A stretch of 64,000 nt of DNA from Glaucostegus cemiculus (taxonomy: Eukaryota). A program made the translations under genes and the position numbers. The DNA lies in NCBI GenBank assembly GCA_976551045.1, contig CDPCPM010000012.1, forward strand, positions 2,356,001 through 2,420,000, written 5' to 3'. Of the stretch, positions 1 through 13,085 are shown piece by piece (within the stretch, counting starts at the first letter, position 1; each line of letters begins with the position of its first letter). A model generated the notes under the pieces. It saw nothing but the letters and a program-made list of their open reading frames with translations. It was not told where the DNA came from and searched no databases.

Positions 1-74
1 TTACCTTTGACAGTTCTATCCATCGGTTTTATTTAATCCATTGATCTTCTTGGTCTCATTTTTACCTAATCATT

Positions 75-172
75 CTCTGAAACAAAACCAGAAAATATTA
101 GAAACATTCAACAAATCAGGCAACATCTGCGAAGAGAGAACTGAGTTAGCATTTCAGGCTGATGATTTGTCA
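75..172 (-). mobile_element. Degenerate Penelope-like element (PLE) 3' tail fragment
   Basis: AGAAAATATTAGAAACATTCAACAAATCAGGCAACATCTG...GTTAGCATTTCAGGCTGATGA resembles the reverse complement of the PLE tail at 16020-16158. Confidence 0.55.
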
Positions 173-1294
173 AAATGGAAATGCCAGTATTTATTTATTT
201 GTTACCAGATTATATTTTTCCCTTTGATAAAGTACAACTCTTTACAAAAGCACAAAGCGTTATATGCTTAGAGCATCATGGAACAAGGAGGCATGTTGGG
301 AATTTAGGTGGGGCAGTGGAATAGTCACTCAACACTCTGTCATCCCAAAAAAAGGAAACTTCGTGCAATTTGTTGGCATCTGTGTGTAAATTCCCACTAT
401 TTGCTCCTGTGGTACAAATCACTGGTCGAGCAGTGGTGATTTGTAACATCTATTACATTGTCCACATTCTCATGGTGGGCATTGTATCATCAATTTTTCA
501 CTTCTAAACAGGATACAAAAAAGATACATCATCTGATGGGTGTTTTCTCCCCTCCCACTATCTTACTACAATCCATCTTTCCACAAAATCATTCTCATCT
601 TTGTTTATTTTACCAACACCATACTGTTATGAACAACATTCTATTGAATTTTGCGCTTTCAAGATTCCTTCTTCACATTGATTTGACACATTGTTTAGTG
701 TCTTGCTAAAGCCCGCATCTCAGCCTTGACTTCTTGAGGAAAGCCATATGAAACTGTGCTCGTGGCTTTGAAGGGATATGTGGGATAATGAACACTTTGT
801 CTTTGCACCCTTGTTTATGTCTAACTGGTCTGAAAATCAACTCCAACATGAACCCTTTTATTTTCTAGGCTCCTTTTCACACCATTGTATAAAACTGAAG
901 ATGCAAGTGGATGGAGTGCATTCAATGCTTCAGCAATGGCACTCCCAAATTTCATCCACAACTAACCCATTGTTGAGAGAAAGGTAGGGAGAGCTTGGAT
1001 ACAAACAGATTTTTCAGCAATACAGGCACATTTTTAATGTGAACTGCCATGAATTTTTAAGTTGTATCTTAATATGCTAAATATATTTCAATACTCTTCA
1101 TTTTCTTGAGCATAAATGGCAATTAAATTGTTAAGAACAACATTCCACAACTGGTGATCTGATTTTGTGTGAGAGCTGAAAATTGATCTGGACACTGGAA
1201 GAATTCCATGCTCCAATTCCAAGTCTGCTAATAATGCCATAGAAGTTTTTACAAAAAGCTGAACACAAGGTGCAAGAACTCCTTTCAAGTAGAA

Positions 1295-1461
1295 CAACAT
1301 GGACAGGTTCAAGAGCTTGTTAGATAGGCATATGGAGGAATGTGGAATAGAGGGATATGTGGGAGGAAAGAGTTAGATCATGTGAGGTTTGAAGGACGGC
1401 ACAACTTGATGGGCTGAAGGGCCTGTTTTGTGCTGTATTGTTCTATGGTTCTAAGGTTCTA
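1295..1461 (+). mobile_element. CR1-type LINE 3' end
   Basis: TTAGATAGGCATATGGA...GGGCTGAAGGGCCTGTTTTGTGCTGTATTG followed by GTTCTATGGTTCTA tail repeats, typical of CR1 3' ends; similar to copies at 36890 and 39480. Confidence 0.8.
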
Positions 1462-2131
1462 GATCTCCTGCAATGCAACAGAATTTCATCTAAAATATTT
1501 GAACCTTGTATATTTGACTGGTGTCAAGATGTGGGATTTGTTATGCTTTTCATTGATCCTTCTCTCTCTCCTGATCCTTAAAAATTATAACTTCTACACT
1601 GCAGAAAAAAGGTAATTTTTGTTACTCAAGCTTTGAAATAGATTTGGTCTATTAATACAAAATTATATTTAAATTTGAAAACCTTGGTAAAATTATTCCT
1701 ATTGAATACAAATTGTGAAGACCAGCCTCAAAAAAGTGAAATTCTATTGGGTGGCTCCTTTAGGCAATCTTAAGAAAAAGTACTAATCCCCAAATCTAAA
1801 CAGAAACATGCTGTTGCAGGAACCAGCAAAGTCCACAATAGATATTTAAGGTTTTAATGGCATTTTCAGATATTTTAATCAATAGTGTTTTCACAACCCT
1901 TTTTGTCACTTAAGTTGTGAAAGATGAAATAGATAGGCACTGGGTTTCAGAGAGAACTGAAAAATGTAACGAGTTAAAATAATGTTAGTCCTTTACATTT
2001 ACAATAATTTTAGTTGTATTGTCCCATTTCTCAAATGAGCAAAATTTCTTCATTTTACTTATATTTTTATTACAATATATGAGGCTACACTCTAGCCACT
2101 GGGTTCATTACCAGAGTAATCTCATTGCTCA

Positions 2132-2220
2132 CATTCCCCTCTTTATTTCCCTGTATTCCTGCAATCTATTTTCTTTCATTCCCCTCTCTTTATTTCCCTT
2201 ATTCCTGCAATCTATTTTCT
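2132..2220. repeat. Tandem duplication, ~45-bp unit x2, inside a degenerate minus-strand SINE (~2085-2360)
   Basis: CATTCCCCTC(TC)TTTATTTCCCT(G)TATTCCTGCAATCTATTTTCT occurs at 2132-2174 and 2177-2220. Confidence 0.85.
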
Positions 2221-2974
2221 CTCACTTTTTTCTTAAATTTCTTTTGCAATAGCCATTTAAACTATCAACCTATCTTTTGAGAAGTGGGAGTATACAAGGT
2301 CACCCACTGGAAACCCAGCTGGTGCAGCAGTTAGTTGTACTAGCTGTTACATCACCCTGCCACTCCTTAGATAGTTATCACTGATCAATACAAATGATGC
2401 ATTTTAAGTAATATTGTTTTATTTGTTCTGCCTATGTAACCTGCCAGGAGCTTTGGTCACTCTTGAAGGTCAATATGCCCTTATGCTTTCTGTGTGGATA
2501 TTCTGACTTTCAAACTAATCAGGCACACCAACAAGTTTTCTTTTTAAATGACTGTTCAGTGATTCAGGCCTGGTGCTGTTGCAGGCGTTCTGCCAACTAT
2601 ACTTTGGGTCTGAAAGGAGAGGCAGAGAACAAGGAAAGCCTGCAGCTTCATTCTTTACATCTTGCAAGCAAGCCCTAAAAATATAAATAGCCAAACAAGA
2701 TGTGAGCATCATGGTTTTCACCTGATAAGTAAATGGCATGGAGTGAGGTTTCTTTTTGTACCATTTAAGTTGGAAGATAAATGTGTGAAATTTTGTGTTA
2801 GCTTCAACAGTCAGCTGAATCCATGATGATTCTGCTTACTCTAGCTACTCCTCTGGAGAGATCAGAGGTCTTAATAAGACAAAAGTGACATTGGATACCA
2901 CACATATTTAGACATTTTTTTATGTTGTGGAGCTGAATGCTAGGAGTCTACAAGCCAGCACCATTATCACCTCT

Positions 2975-3165
2975 GTCATCAGTCTCTCGGTCTCCATCCT
3001 ATCAGAGATATTCCCTTTGTTATCTCACCTCTCCCACTTTTCTGCAATTTAAACCATATGTTTGATTTCTAACTTTTCCTAGTTCAGATGTTAGATTATC
3101 AACCTGAAATGTTAACACAGCTTCTCTCTCCATGGACAATTCTTGACCTACTGAATAGTTCCATA
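2975..3165 (+). mobile_element. Old PLE 3' tail with decayed hammerhead motif
   Basis: Pyrimidine-rich stretch, then AGTTCAGATG...CCTGAAATGTTAAC...TCTCTCCATGG...TGACCTACTGA, colinear with the younger PLE tails in this window. Confidence 0.55.
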
Positions 3166-4183
3166 CTAGTTTTTCCCCTTTACCTGATTCTACAGTTGAA
3201 GTTCTTCTTCTAAATAATTCAATTTAACTTCAGGGATTAGTGCTGAATGCAAAAGTAGAAGTTCTCCACACACCACTGTTCCTGCCAACACATCCCCACC
3301 TGATGTATTCTCTGGTTTTATTAACAATGTGGGTGTATTATCATTTCCTGCCATGGAAAAATCTAGATGAAATTACCTGTAGAAAAATCAATCACATGGG
3401 CAAACTCAGTGTTGTAAATGCAAGTAGAAACTAATTAGAGTAAGCAATAATAACTTCAGAGCTACACTTAAAATATTTTAAAAGGTCTGTAGCCCTAAAC
3501 ATTCATTTTGGCTATCCCCGAGTTAATTTGTTCAGAGCTTAATTCACTGACTGAGCTCATTTGCCCTTTGTGCCTACAAAGATTATTCAACATAAACTGA
3601 ATGTAATCAGAAATGCACAGGTCAGGATTATTTTTAATCTTCATTTGGGTCTAGTCCATACAACATCAAATTTTAATTGTTATCTTTTAATATGTTTCTT
3701 TTCACTTGAGATAACTTGCTGGAAAAGCTATCTTCTCAAAAGGTGGAGCGCAAACCAAACAGCTATGTGATGATCAGCAGCTGCCAGCATGGTGTTGAAT
3801 GTCTAAAACCTATCACTAGCATTTGCAGCTACTGGAAACAGCAACAAAGCACAGAATACAACATCCTACCACCCTCTCTCCGGCTTTTGTGCCTATCCAA
3901 TTCATCCTTATGGTTCCATGACTTTGCTCTCAATAGCCACAAGTTCATGAATAAATGGCATTTATTTTACAGTTGAAACAAAATATCAAGAAATCACAAA
4001 AAAAACATACATTTATGAATACGAAAGGGCTAATCTGGAGGGGGAAAGGTGGAAGAGGGGGAGGCTCTGTCTGTTTGTCTGGCCATGGGTGATTTTAGTT
4101 TTTTGACTTATTTTTTAAAATTTAGATGTTATTCTTATTTCTTTTTGAAACAGACCCTGAATAATTATGAATATTTGTGAGAG

Positions 4184-4460
4184 TGTCAAAGGCATTCAAC
4201 TTAAATGTCACCTTTGACAGAGGGCAAGCCTAGGGGCTTCAGTAATTGTCAAAATTGTTGTCAAAGCAGCAGCCACCTGTGTTGGGGGAAGCCCCATGCA
4301 GTGTCTGTGGCCATGTTAATGAGTGGAACCAGCCTTCCAGCAAAGTGCCCTAGAGCAAGTCCGGACACTGCTGATTGGCTATTTCAAAGCAACGAGGGAT
4401 CTGCTCCTTTGGATACGAAGAAGCTCCATGAACTCAGATTTATTTTGTGGCAGGTAACAA
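4184..4460 (+). promoter_or_regulatory. Candidate cis-regulatory module or promoter with TGTCAAA cluster, E-box, inverted CCAAT and a splice donor
   Basis: TGTCAAA at 4184, 4247, 4259 and TTTGACA at 4213; CACCTG at 4274; GATTGG at ~4373; CAG|GTAACA at 4453/4454; no repeat similarity recognised. Confidence 0.35.
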
Positions 4461-4889
4461 TTTCCTTCATATTCATTTTATTTCACTATGTTCCAAAATG
4501 AAGGTTGTTTTGCAGTGTAAATTCCCAGACAAATTATGGGGAATGTTTTTCCAGAGCATATGCAAGTTATCCACTGTCAAACTTGATAACACTCCTTGAC
4601 AATACAAAAGTGTTGTCTGATCAGAATGCCATCCTTTTCTGAAAGGAGATCAAAGAGAAGAAATACCTTTTGCAGACAATTAAAACAGAAATTTGAACTT
4701 AAGCAGCCACAATGCACGTCAGTAAGATTCAAGTTGAACAAAATGCATTTCAGTTTTGTATTTTTTAATCTTCCTGTTCTATATACTTCCTCAGATGAGA
4801 AATAGTTTCATAGAAATTGCAGATGATATATCAATTAATTAAGAAAACAAGATTTAGAACTCAATTTTAAGTATTGGGCCAGTAGTGAG

Positions 4890-5757
4890 GTACTTTTATG
4901 GCTGGGTCACATTTAAATCGTTAGATGATCTTATTTTAGGAAATGTCATTGCATTGGAAGCAGTTCTGTGAAGGTTTGCCAGACTAATACTGTTGTCCTA
5001 TAAGTGTGTACACCCTAAGCTTGTAACCACTGGAGCTTAGAAGAATGAGAGGGAATTTAATTATAAGACCTTGAGGGGGTCAGATTTGGAGATGATCTTT
5101 CCTCTTGTAGGAGAATCTAGAACCAGGGGCCACTATTTAAGAATAATTATCCATTTATAACAGATACAAATACAAGAAAACAAAATGGAAGCATGAATAG
5201 GCCACTCAGTCCCTCAAGCTGCCCCCCCCCCCCCATTCAATATGATCATGGCTGATCTATGGTGGCCTCAAATCGTCTTCTGTGTCAGTTCCCTATAACC
5301 CTCCATTCCTCAATCTGTCAAATATTTATCTATCTCCATCTTAAATATATCCAATGATCTGGCATCCACCATCTTCAGGGGTAGAGAACTCCAGGTATTC
5401 ATTATCATCTTGGCAAAGAAATTTCTACACACCTCATTTTAAATGATTGGCCCCTTAGTGTGTAGCTATGTCCGAGTCAGTGATAATAAATCTGATTCTA
5501 TGTCTCCTTTTATTGTCAGAGGGTCATGAGTTCATGGAACACTCTTCCACAAAAGGCAGTGGAAGCAGCATTTTTGAATATATATACTTTTAAAGGTACA
5601 GGTAGATAGATTCTTTATAAGTAGGAGAATTAAAGGTTCCTGGGGTGGGCAGGAATACAGACTTGAAGTTGTGCTCAGCCATGACCTCATGAATGGTAGA
5701 GTGAGTTTGTGGGTCAAGTGGCCTACACCAGCTCCTAAATCAAATGTTCTTATGTCT
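4890..5757 (+). mobile_element. Decayed CR1 LINE 3' part interrupted by an opposite-strand CR1 tail
   Basis: GCATTGGAAGCAGTTC...AGGTTTGCCAGACTAATAC and GGAGAATCTAGAACCAGGGGCCAC; resumes at ~5520 with TGGAACACTCTTCCACAAAAGGCAGTGGA to the tail GGCCTACACCAGCTCCT...TTCTTATG. Confidence 0.7.
5170..5475 (-). mobile_element. CR1 3' end nested in the 4890-5757 CR1
   Basis: TAGGCCACTCAGTCCCTCAAGCTG...CCATTCAATATGATCATGGCTGATC matches the minus-strand CR1 tail at 57412-57480. Confidence 0.75.
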
Positions 5758-5809
5758 CTTCTTGCTGGGAAGTGGCAGAAAATCATGCAACTTGGGCCTT
5801 CCCAAAACC

Positions 5810-5985
5810 TTATTGTCTCCCTGCACTGCACTTTCTCTGTAGCTGTTAAAACATTATTCTGCATTCTATAATAATTTACCTTGTACTACCTCAGTGCACT
5901 GTGTACTGAATTGCTCTGTATTAACATTATGCAAGACAAGTTTTTCACTGTACCTCGGTACAAGTGACAATAATAAACTATTTCC
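5810..5985 (+). mobile_element. Rex1/Babar-type LINE 3' UTR fragment
   Basis: TGCACTGCACTTTCTCTGTAGCTG...TTTTCACTGTACCTCGGTACAAGTGACAATAATAAAC is the reverse complement of the 3' UTR of the RT-bearing copy at 31895-32080. Confidence 0.8.
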
Positions 5986-8900
5986 AGTTCCACCAAACTG
6001 AATTTGTTTCCCTGAGGGTTTGAAATCAGTGGCAGGAGGAGCAGATTATACAGTAGAGCCTTGTAGATTTTAGTAAACATTTTTGTCACTTGATTAAGTT
6101 ATAAAATAAAAGTAAAATGCCTATATTTTTTTGGACTTCTTTGGGCCCAATGTTCTTCACCTCTATGTTATTCTAGCGGGAAATTCACAGCTGATAAAAT
6201 TCCAATAGAGCAGCTCCAACCCAGCAAGACCAAGGTGGGAAAATGATCTGGATAGTTTAACTGAACACACATTTGGTTTCTTCCTGGTGGGTAGTGATAA
6301 AATCACCTCCTTAGTGTTTATGGAAAATACCAGGTAGCTGTACTACATTATATTAACATATGCGACCGTGGTTTCAACTATAATTAAATAGCATCCATGT
6401 GTCTTATAAGCTCTGTAAAATGAAAATGTGTATGTTCAGTCTGCAAGGGGTAATGCTGAAGATTGACAGTATCCATTTATGGATAGAGTAAGGATTTCAA
6501 TCACATTACATTGCATACACTAAACAAACAATGAACAAATTGTGAAGTACAACAAAAGACAGGTAATAATTAGACATTTTTAAGAAGAAAGTTAAAGAAA
6601 TTATAAAAATAGCTCATCTTCAGGAGTGATATGGTGAGGGAGGAAGGTGATGCTTAGAAGAAAACAACATACTAATCTTTTGAAATTAAAGCCATCTAAG
6701 AAAAATGGTAAATGCAATTTAGCAGGAGGCAAAAGAGGGTTAAGGTTCAGAAACTAAAACAAATATACTGCATTTTAGCTGAAAGAAAAGCTGTTAATGA
6801 GAATGTCTGGCGATACTATCTATAGACAACAGTAATTACTTTGAAATATATTGAAAGATGGAATGCCTTTTGTTATTTGCCATAACGAAAGCAAACTGCA
6901 GAAAAGGAAGTTTGAATCATTGGAGTTGGGCACAGTGGAAGGAAGTTAGAGTAGCTCTACTGTGTCAAACAACAAAAACTACAGTTAGTAAAACAGGCTC
7001 AGTCTTTCCATCAGTCATTGCTTTGCTTTTGTTGAAGTGAGCACTGTACACGTTATGCTGAATTCACCAATTACCCTGGACAGGTCTGTGATAAGCTGCA
7101 ATAATTTTCCTGAGTTTCCCTTGGGGTAGGAAATAGATAAAACCAGTTACTTCTCATAATTTTCCAGTAGACCCTGTTGTGCTGTGCACATATAAAAGTT
7201 CATGTTTGGTGTGATCCCTTCCACAGTTGAATAGTCTTTCAATACTCATTGTTTGAAAGAGTAGTATCTGGTTTTTGTTCAACAGCTCAGCATCTGGAGA
7301 ACTTTTCCATAGTACTTCAGTAGATTCACAAAAGAGCCCAAGAAAATTGTACAACAGATACCAGGATCATTATGACTTAAAACTAATCTGGCAGCTCAGT
7401 GCAGAATGAGCATTCTTGCCACTTTCTATTTATCACAGCAGAGGGAAAGCTCCATGTGCTTCCACCATAGTTCTAGACATCCACTTCCAAAATGCATGTC
7501 AATCTAATGAAGGTAACATAATGAGAGAAAGGGTATTCACAATAAAATCTTTTTAAAATTGTATGTCACAACTAATAGAACCCTTGCCTCATTCCTCTAT
7601 TTGCCTGAAGCACTCCATTGAAAAAATGGTTCTATGTTTTAGAAACCAAAAATGCTTGAACAAGAAGCCATTCAGGGGCATGTAGAGGAGCTTAAATTAA
7701 CATCTATTAGAGGGTGCACTGCACAGATTCTGCAATACCTGATCCATTGTGGCACATCATTCAATTTTCTCCCACTTCCAGGAGTTCTGATCTTCATCTC
7801 GAGAACTTCCCAGGTCTTTGGCATTGCACTTGGCTATCTCTGGGGTTTGTCATCTGTCCAAACAATCCCAGAAACTGTGCTCACCTGTTTCTGCAGCAGA
7901 CTCCACAAACCAAACCAATCATATTCCTGGAATGATGACTGATTGTGTATCATGGAATATATATTGAGGAAAAAGTGATAGATCCTCAACAGTTCACAGA
8001 CATGATTTAATGATCTAAATATTTTTAAATAGCTATGAAACGTGTTTACATAGTTTAATGTTTCCCCATCCAAGAAGCTAACATGTCTATTGAAAATCAC
8101 CACTATTAATAAAAGTAAATATTACTTTTCTTTAATTTTGCCAGTATTATAAGCAACACAGATGCATTTTTTGTTCATCTTGCAACTTAGATACAACCTT
8201 AATTATATGTCAAATGGTAGCCTGTTTCTCTGACGCTTAGCTTTAGCAGTATTTGTTTTCATACCTCATCATACCCCTGGTTTACGATCACATGAGCTGA
8301 CTTTGGGATTGTAGCAACATTTGTTGAAATGTGGTGCAAGGAGCAGTAGTTGTACTGGCCAATGGGTATCAGGTACCAGTCATATCAGTCCTGTCATACA
8401 GAAACAGGGGAACATTTGCTTCCCTTTCAGAACTTGCCAAACCCTTTGCAACCAATCAAGTCTGTGGTGAAGGACCCTCAATTTGATAATGAAGAAATTG
8501 CAACAACCAGTTTGTACACAGCATGTTTGCACATATAGCGAAGTAAAAATAACCTGAAAATCACTGTTCTGTGAAGTCAAATGCATAAAATAGGGTACTG
8601 TACAGTTTTAATGAAATTTCCTTTTTATTTTTACGGGGAAAAGCAGCGGTAGCTTCCCTAATGTTATTAGTTTTCCATGGTCATTTATTCAGATAAAACT
8701 AATCTTTACCAGCCTGTACCTTTAGACAAAAGTTATGGTAATAGGCATTGCAGGTAGCAATGCAATCATAAATAAATTTAAAGATTTACTGGCTAAAAAC
8801 GGTTTGTGCAGATGAAAATATTAACTTGTAACCTTCCCTGACCAGACTATTGCTTTTGGTTTTGCCAGAGCCTGTGAAACACCTCAGCCTATTGGAGCAT

Positions 8901-11337
8901 TGTCCACACAGATAACAAACTTTAAAAAATATTCTGGTACATCACTGGAGAGTGTTATCAGTTCAATGGGAACATTAAACCAACTGGAATTCACAAAAGC
9001 TGTGTGGAGAATCCATCAGGCCAAAAGGCTAATTCCCTTCTCAGAAACTGATGTAGGGAAGCTTTACAGAAAAAAAGTGGAATGGATAACTAGCTTTTCA
9101 TGTTTTGACAGCATACTTGCACAGTGGGTCAAACTCATTTACAGAAATCCCTGTAACATTCACAGTAAAAAAAATATTGGTTGCTATCTGTACTCTTCAT
9201 TGAGGATCTAAGAACAATGTACTGTTACCCATTATACATACTCCTGTCTATCCAGAACATTACATGGGAAGAGCCTGAAGCAAGTTTAATGTAACAGTGT
9301 ACCTCTTAAACCAGACAGAGATCATAGAAAATTCAGAGAAGCAACATTTAGTCTAAGAATAATGGAAGCAGTTGTCTCCATATAATGTAAAGTGACTGCA
9401 ATCAGAAAACATGACCCTTAATATAAAATTGAAATTGAACAAAATTGTACTATGATTTTATACACATGATAAAGTTTACCTTGAGGGGAAAAAGTGAACA
9501 TAAATAAAACTTTTCACAAACCAATCTTTGAAGGACATTTGCAGTTCCTTTTGATATACTTAATTCCTGAATTTATGTAGTTTGCTATTATAATGAAAAT
9601 AGTGCCAGATATTGACCCAATTTCTACTTATGAGATTTAATGTTTAATGTAATAGTCTGGCTAAATAATTAAATCTCCATGCATATTTTAACAATTGTGA
9701 ACCTGAGGTTTCAACTAATACATTTTTGTAACAATCCTCTGGCACCTAGCTGCCCAGCAGTTTCCAATATGTACAATATTAATTGATTACATTAAAGAAA
9801 AAAGTCTCTATCATTTCCACTAAACTGAAATAGTCAGAAATTGAGCATCAAGCTTTATAAGGAGAAACTTAAAGATATAAAACAATTAAATCAGAAAAGT
9901 GAAGAAATATTAGAAAAACATATTGCAATTCCAATGAGAGTTGTCTGGAAAAGTTTGCAGTATTGTACCTGCAAAGGGACATGGTTGTGATTACTGGCCT
10001 CCATTTGCTGTTGTAGCTGCTTAGCACCCTCTCCTTTTGGAGAGGAAGGCTGGCTTTTAGCAATGTTACCTAACTTGAAATTGTGCTAACAATTCACTCA
10101 ATTCTGCTTGAAGAACTTAGTGACCGGTTGGCACAATTTCAAATTAATCAGCAAGGTTAACATTAGCTGCCAACATCAGCACAATGAGCAAACAATACGA
10201 ATTCTGTCTGTACCTGTTCAAATGGAGGTCAATTAGCCAACTGTCATGATCATGCCAACCATTTTTGCCCCCCATACCTGCACCACGTATTTTGCAATCT
10301 GTAAAGATCAGGAGAAACAATTTTGAAATGGTTGGTTGTTTAATGTGGATGTCATGGCATTACCTTGATACCTTCAAAATGAACAAGTGACCTATCTAAT
10401 CTTGCAATCACTTTCAGAGAGTTCACAAACTAGTGCAACTCCTTTTAATTTCTGAAGACTAATGTTGGACAGTCCTCAACTCATTCTGACAGTCTTTTGA
10501 TAAAACAGTGATAGGGCTGGAATTGAATAAAACCACATTTGAGAAATGTTAAAATACAGATTAGATATTAGTGAACTCGTGTTTAGTGTATTTGGTTGGT
10601 GTGTGTCAAGATATTGGAGACATTTTGTTTAAAAATAAAAACATCAATACCTACATTAAAATTGACAGTTGAAAGTTAGTTTTATTGCTTTTCACAAATA
10701 CCAGCAGTGATAATTTTAACTACAGGTCCTATCACTCTCAATAGGTTTAGAAATTCTGGGCTTCTAATTTTGCAATTGGATGAAGCACAAGGGCAAAATG
10801 ATTGGTTTGTTTATGTTCTGCACCAGTTCATAAAGTTTTGGTTACGATCACTTCCATACATTTCACCTCCTTTTTACTACTACAATAAGCTGCATCTGCA
10901 CCTCTCCTCATGGTCATTTCTCTTAGCTCTTCCCATCTCTGTCAACTTTCACAGACAGGCAACATAACTTCCCCACTAACTTTACTACTCTGAAACATCT
11001 TACTGGGCTAACAGTAATGCTGGCCTTTCCTCTACTGGCAGGTACTGAACCAGCAGTTACTATTGGACTAACTAACTGCAAGAGAAAGCTAAGGAGCCAA
11101 AGGTAAACAATTCTGCTAGAAGAGATGTATCTTCAGTCTCTCCCCCTACCCCACTTATCCAACTGCCACTTACTTTTGCTTTGCAACACTAACTCCAATT
11201 TTTCTCTCCTTCCACCCTTTCATGGACCATCCCTATTTTCTTTCCTCCTCTCCCACTTTCTCTGTATCATAAATCTTTATCTTTTCCATCATTTTTAATA
11301 CAATTTATTAGTTTATTTTTAACAGTTGATTGTTTTG

Positions 11338-11555
11338 ATTGGTGGCATTGTTTCTCTGAAGCAGGAAGCTGCAAGTTCAAGTCTCAGTCCACAACACTAA
11401 ATTGGGACTTGCATTTCAATGCAGTATTGCAGTAGGACCTTAAACCAGAGCACCGGCCTTGTAGCTAGACAGAAAAAAAGTCCCAGGACACTATTTCAAA
11501 GAGCAGGGGTGTTCTTCCCAATGTCCTGGTACCATTTATCCCTCCATAAACACAA
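11338..11555 (+). mobile_element. DeuSINE-like (AmnSINE1/SacSINE1-type) SINE, decayed
   Basis: B-box-like AAGTTCAAGTC, then Deu-domain-like TTAAACCAGAG...TCCCAGGACACTATTTCAAAGAGCAGGGGTGTTCTTCCCAATGTCCTGG...ATTTATCCCTC. Confidence 0.6.
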
Positions 11556-12559
11556 CTTCTGGCCTTAAATAGCTGTTCAAATGGGTGACTCACACCCATT
11601 TGCCTTGATGCCATTGGTGCCAGGTTTTCAATGGTAAGTTTTCACAACTGCACGAATGCATTTTGAACATGTTGTGCAAAGTTTTTTTTTAATTAATTGC
11701 ACACCTGTGTAAATGATCCTGTGGACATGGGATGTGAGGGGACCATTAGGAATGAGGATCCTAGCATCTTCTATCCTCACAACCCAGACCTATGATTTCA
11801 GTAACTTCAACCTATATGGTGAGTGTTTCCTCCATGCAGATAATGTCACATGATCAAGCCCTTCCTCTGCAAATTAGCTGCTGTTACCACTGACTATATA
11901 GCACCTTGACTTGCAAGAGGGAGGCAAGCATGCCAGTGTCACGCAGTAGGTTTGGGTGATATATATCACATCCAAATAACTGGTTCCAGTAATGGCCACA
12001 AAGGCTGGCATTGTCTCTTCCATAGGGATTGGGGCATGCAGGTACATCTGTTCCCCTTTGTTTTGTTGTGTGGCATTTGGTTATGCCTCAAGTTACTTGA
12101 GAAAGAAAAGCACTCAATAACTGCATGCTGTTTGGTGCTGTGGCTGCAATGTTTGAATAACTGTGTGTGCAAGCTAAGTAATTTAAAATGTGGGTGTATG
12201 GTTTCTAGCAGAAGTAATTGTGTGAAGGTGAGACCTTGCACAATTATTAGGATACAGGACAAAATTATTGGTGGATTAATAAATGGGGCAAGGTGAATTG
12301 AGTAATAGCTGAAGCTAGTGAGAGAAGTGATCTTCATGTGCCATCATATCCAGGCTCTCAGGGTTTGATTCCTGGCAATGATAACCACAGATATATGTTC
12401 CTTCAGCTCTCTGAGTGAGAGTCTGAGCAACTCCTGCTTCTCTATGGTTACCAGGTATCAACACTACTACGCATTTCCCATTCCAAGATTTTGCCAGTAC
12501 CACCACTAACTTTGGAGTCCATCCTTTCTTATGTTGTACAATTCTTCACTACTCCGTGT

Positions 12560-12692
12560 ATATAAAGAGAATTAAGTGATATAGGGACAGTGCAGGAAAA
12601 TGGCCCAGAACTGGTTGATCAACCATGGTCTTGACAAATGGCAGAACAAACTTGAAGGGCCAAATGGTCTATTCCTGCCCTCAGTTCTTAAG
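12560..12692 (+). mobile_element. CR1 3' tail fragment
   Basis: GATATAGGGACAGTGCAGGAAAATGG...CTTGAAGGGCCAAATGGTCTATTCCTGC...TTCTTA. Confidence 0.65.
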
Positions 12693-12834
12693 TTCAAGGT
12701 TAGATGCTTTTGTAGAGTGCCTGCCTCAATGTCCCCTCCTTTAAGAATTACCTGCTAACTTTAACACTAGTTTCCCAGTACTGACCTTCAGCTGATTCTT
12801 TCAGTCAAACATTGCTGTTATAATGATCAGACCT

Positions 12835-13085
12835 TCATTCTAGCTATGAGAGTGCAGGATGAATATTAGTCAGAAAACCAAGGATAACTCTTCTGTTCTT
12901 CTTCAAAACAGTGCAAAAATATCTTGTGCATCCACCTGAGAGGACAGAAAGGGCCTTAGTTTAGTATCTCAACTGAAAAGTTGCAATCCCTCAGTGCTGC
13001 AATGGTGGGAGAGCTCACATTTCTGTGCTAATTGGGATTTCAATCCAGAACCTTGTGATTCATAGCCAAGAGTAATACTAACAAA
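12835..13085 (-). mobile_element. DeuSINE-like SINE, decayed
   Basis: Reverse complement of the Deu domain: GGATAACTCTTCTGTTCTTCTTCAAAACAGTGC...CATCCACCTGAGAGGACAGAAAGGGCCTTAGTTTAGTATCTCAACTGAAAAG...TCCCTCAGTGCTGCA. Confidence 0.65.

Noticed and set aside
2446-2690. Strong minus-strand acceptor at 2610 and overlapping MEF2-like sites at 2675-2690
   Set aside because: All frames close quickly without a recognisable product; the MEF2 matches each carry a mismatch in AT-rich DNA.
5222-5234. C13 homopolymer / G-quadruplex candidate
   Set aside because: Simple slippage expansion inside a CR1 tail.
8441-8538. Plus-strand acceptor followed by NLPNPLQPIKSVVKDPQF...
   Set aside because: No recognisable family and no linked upstream exon in a compatible phase.
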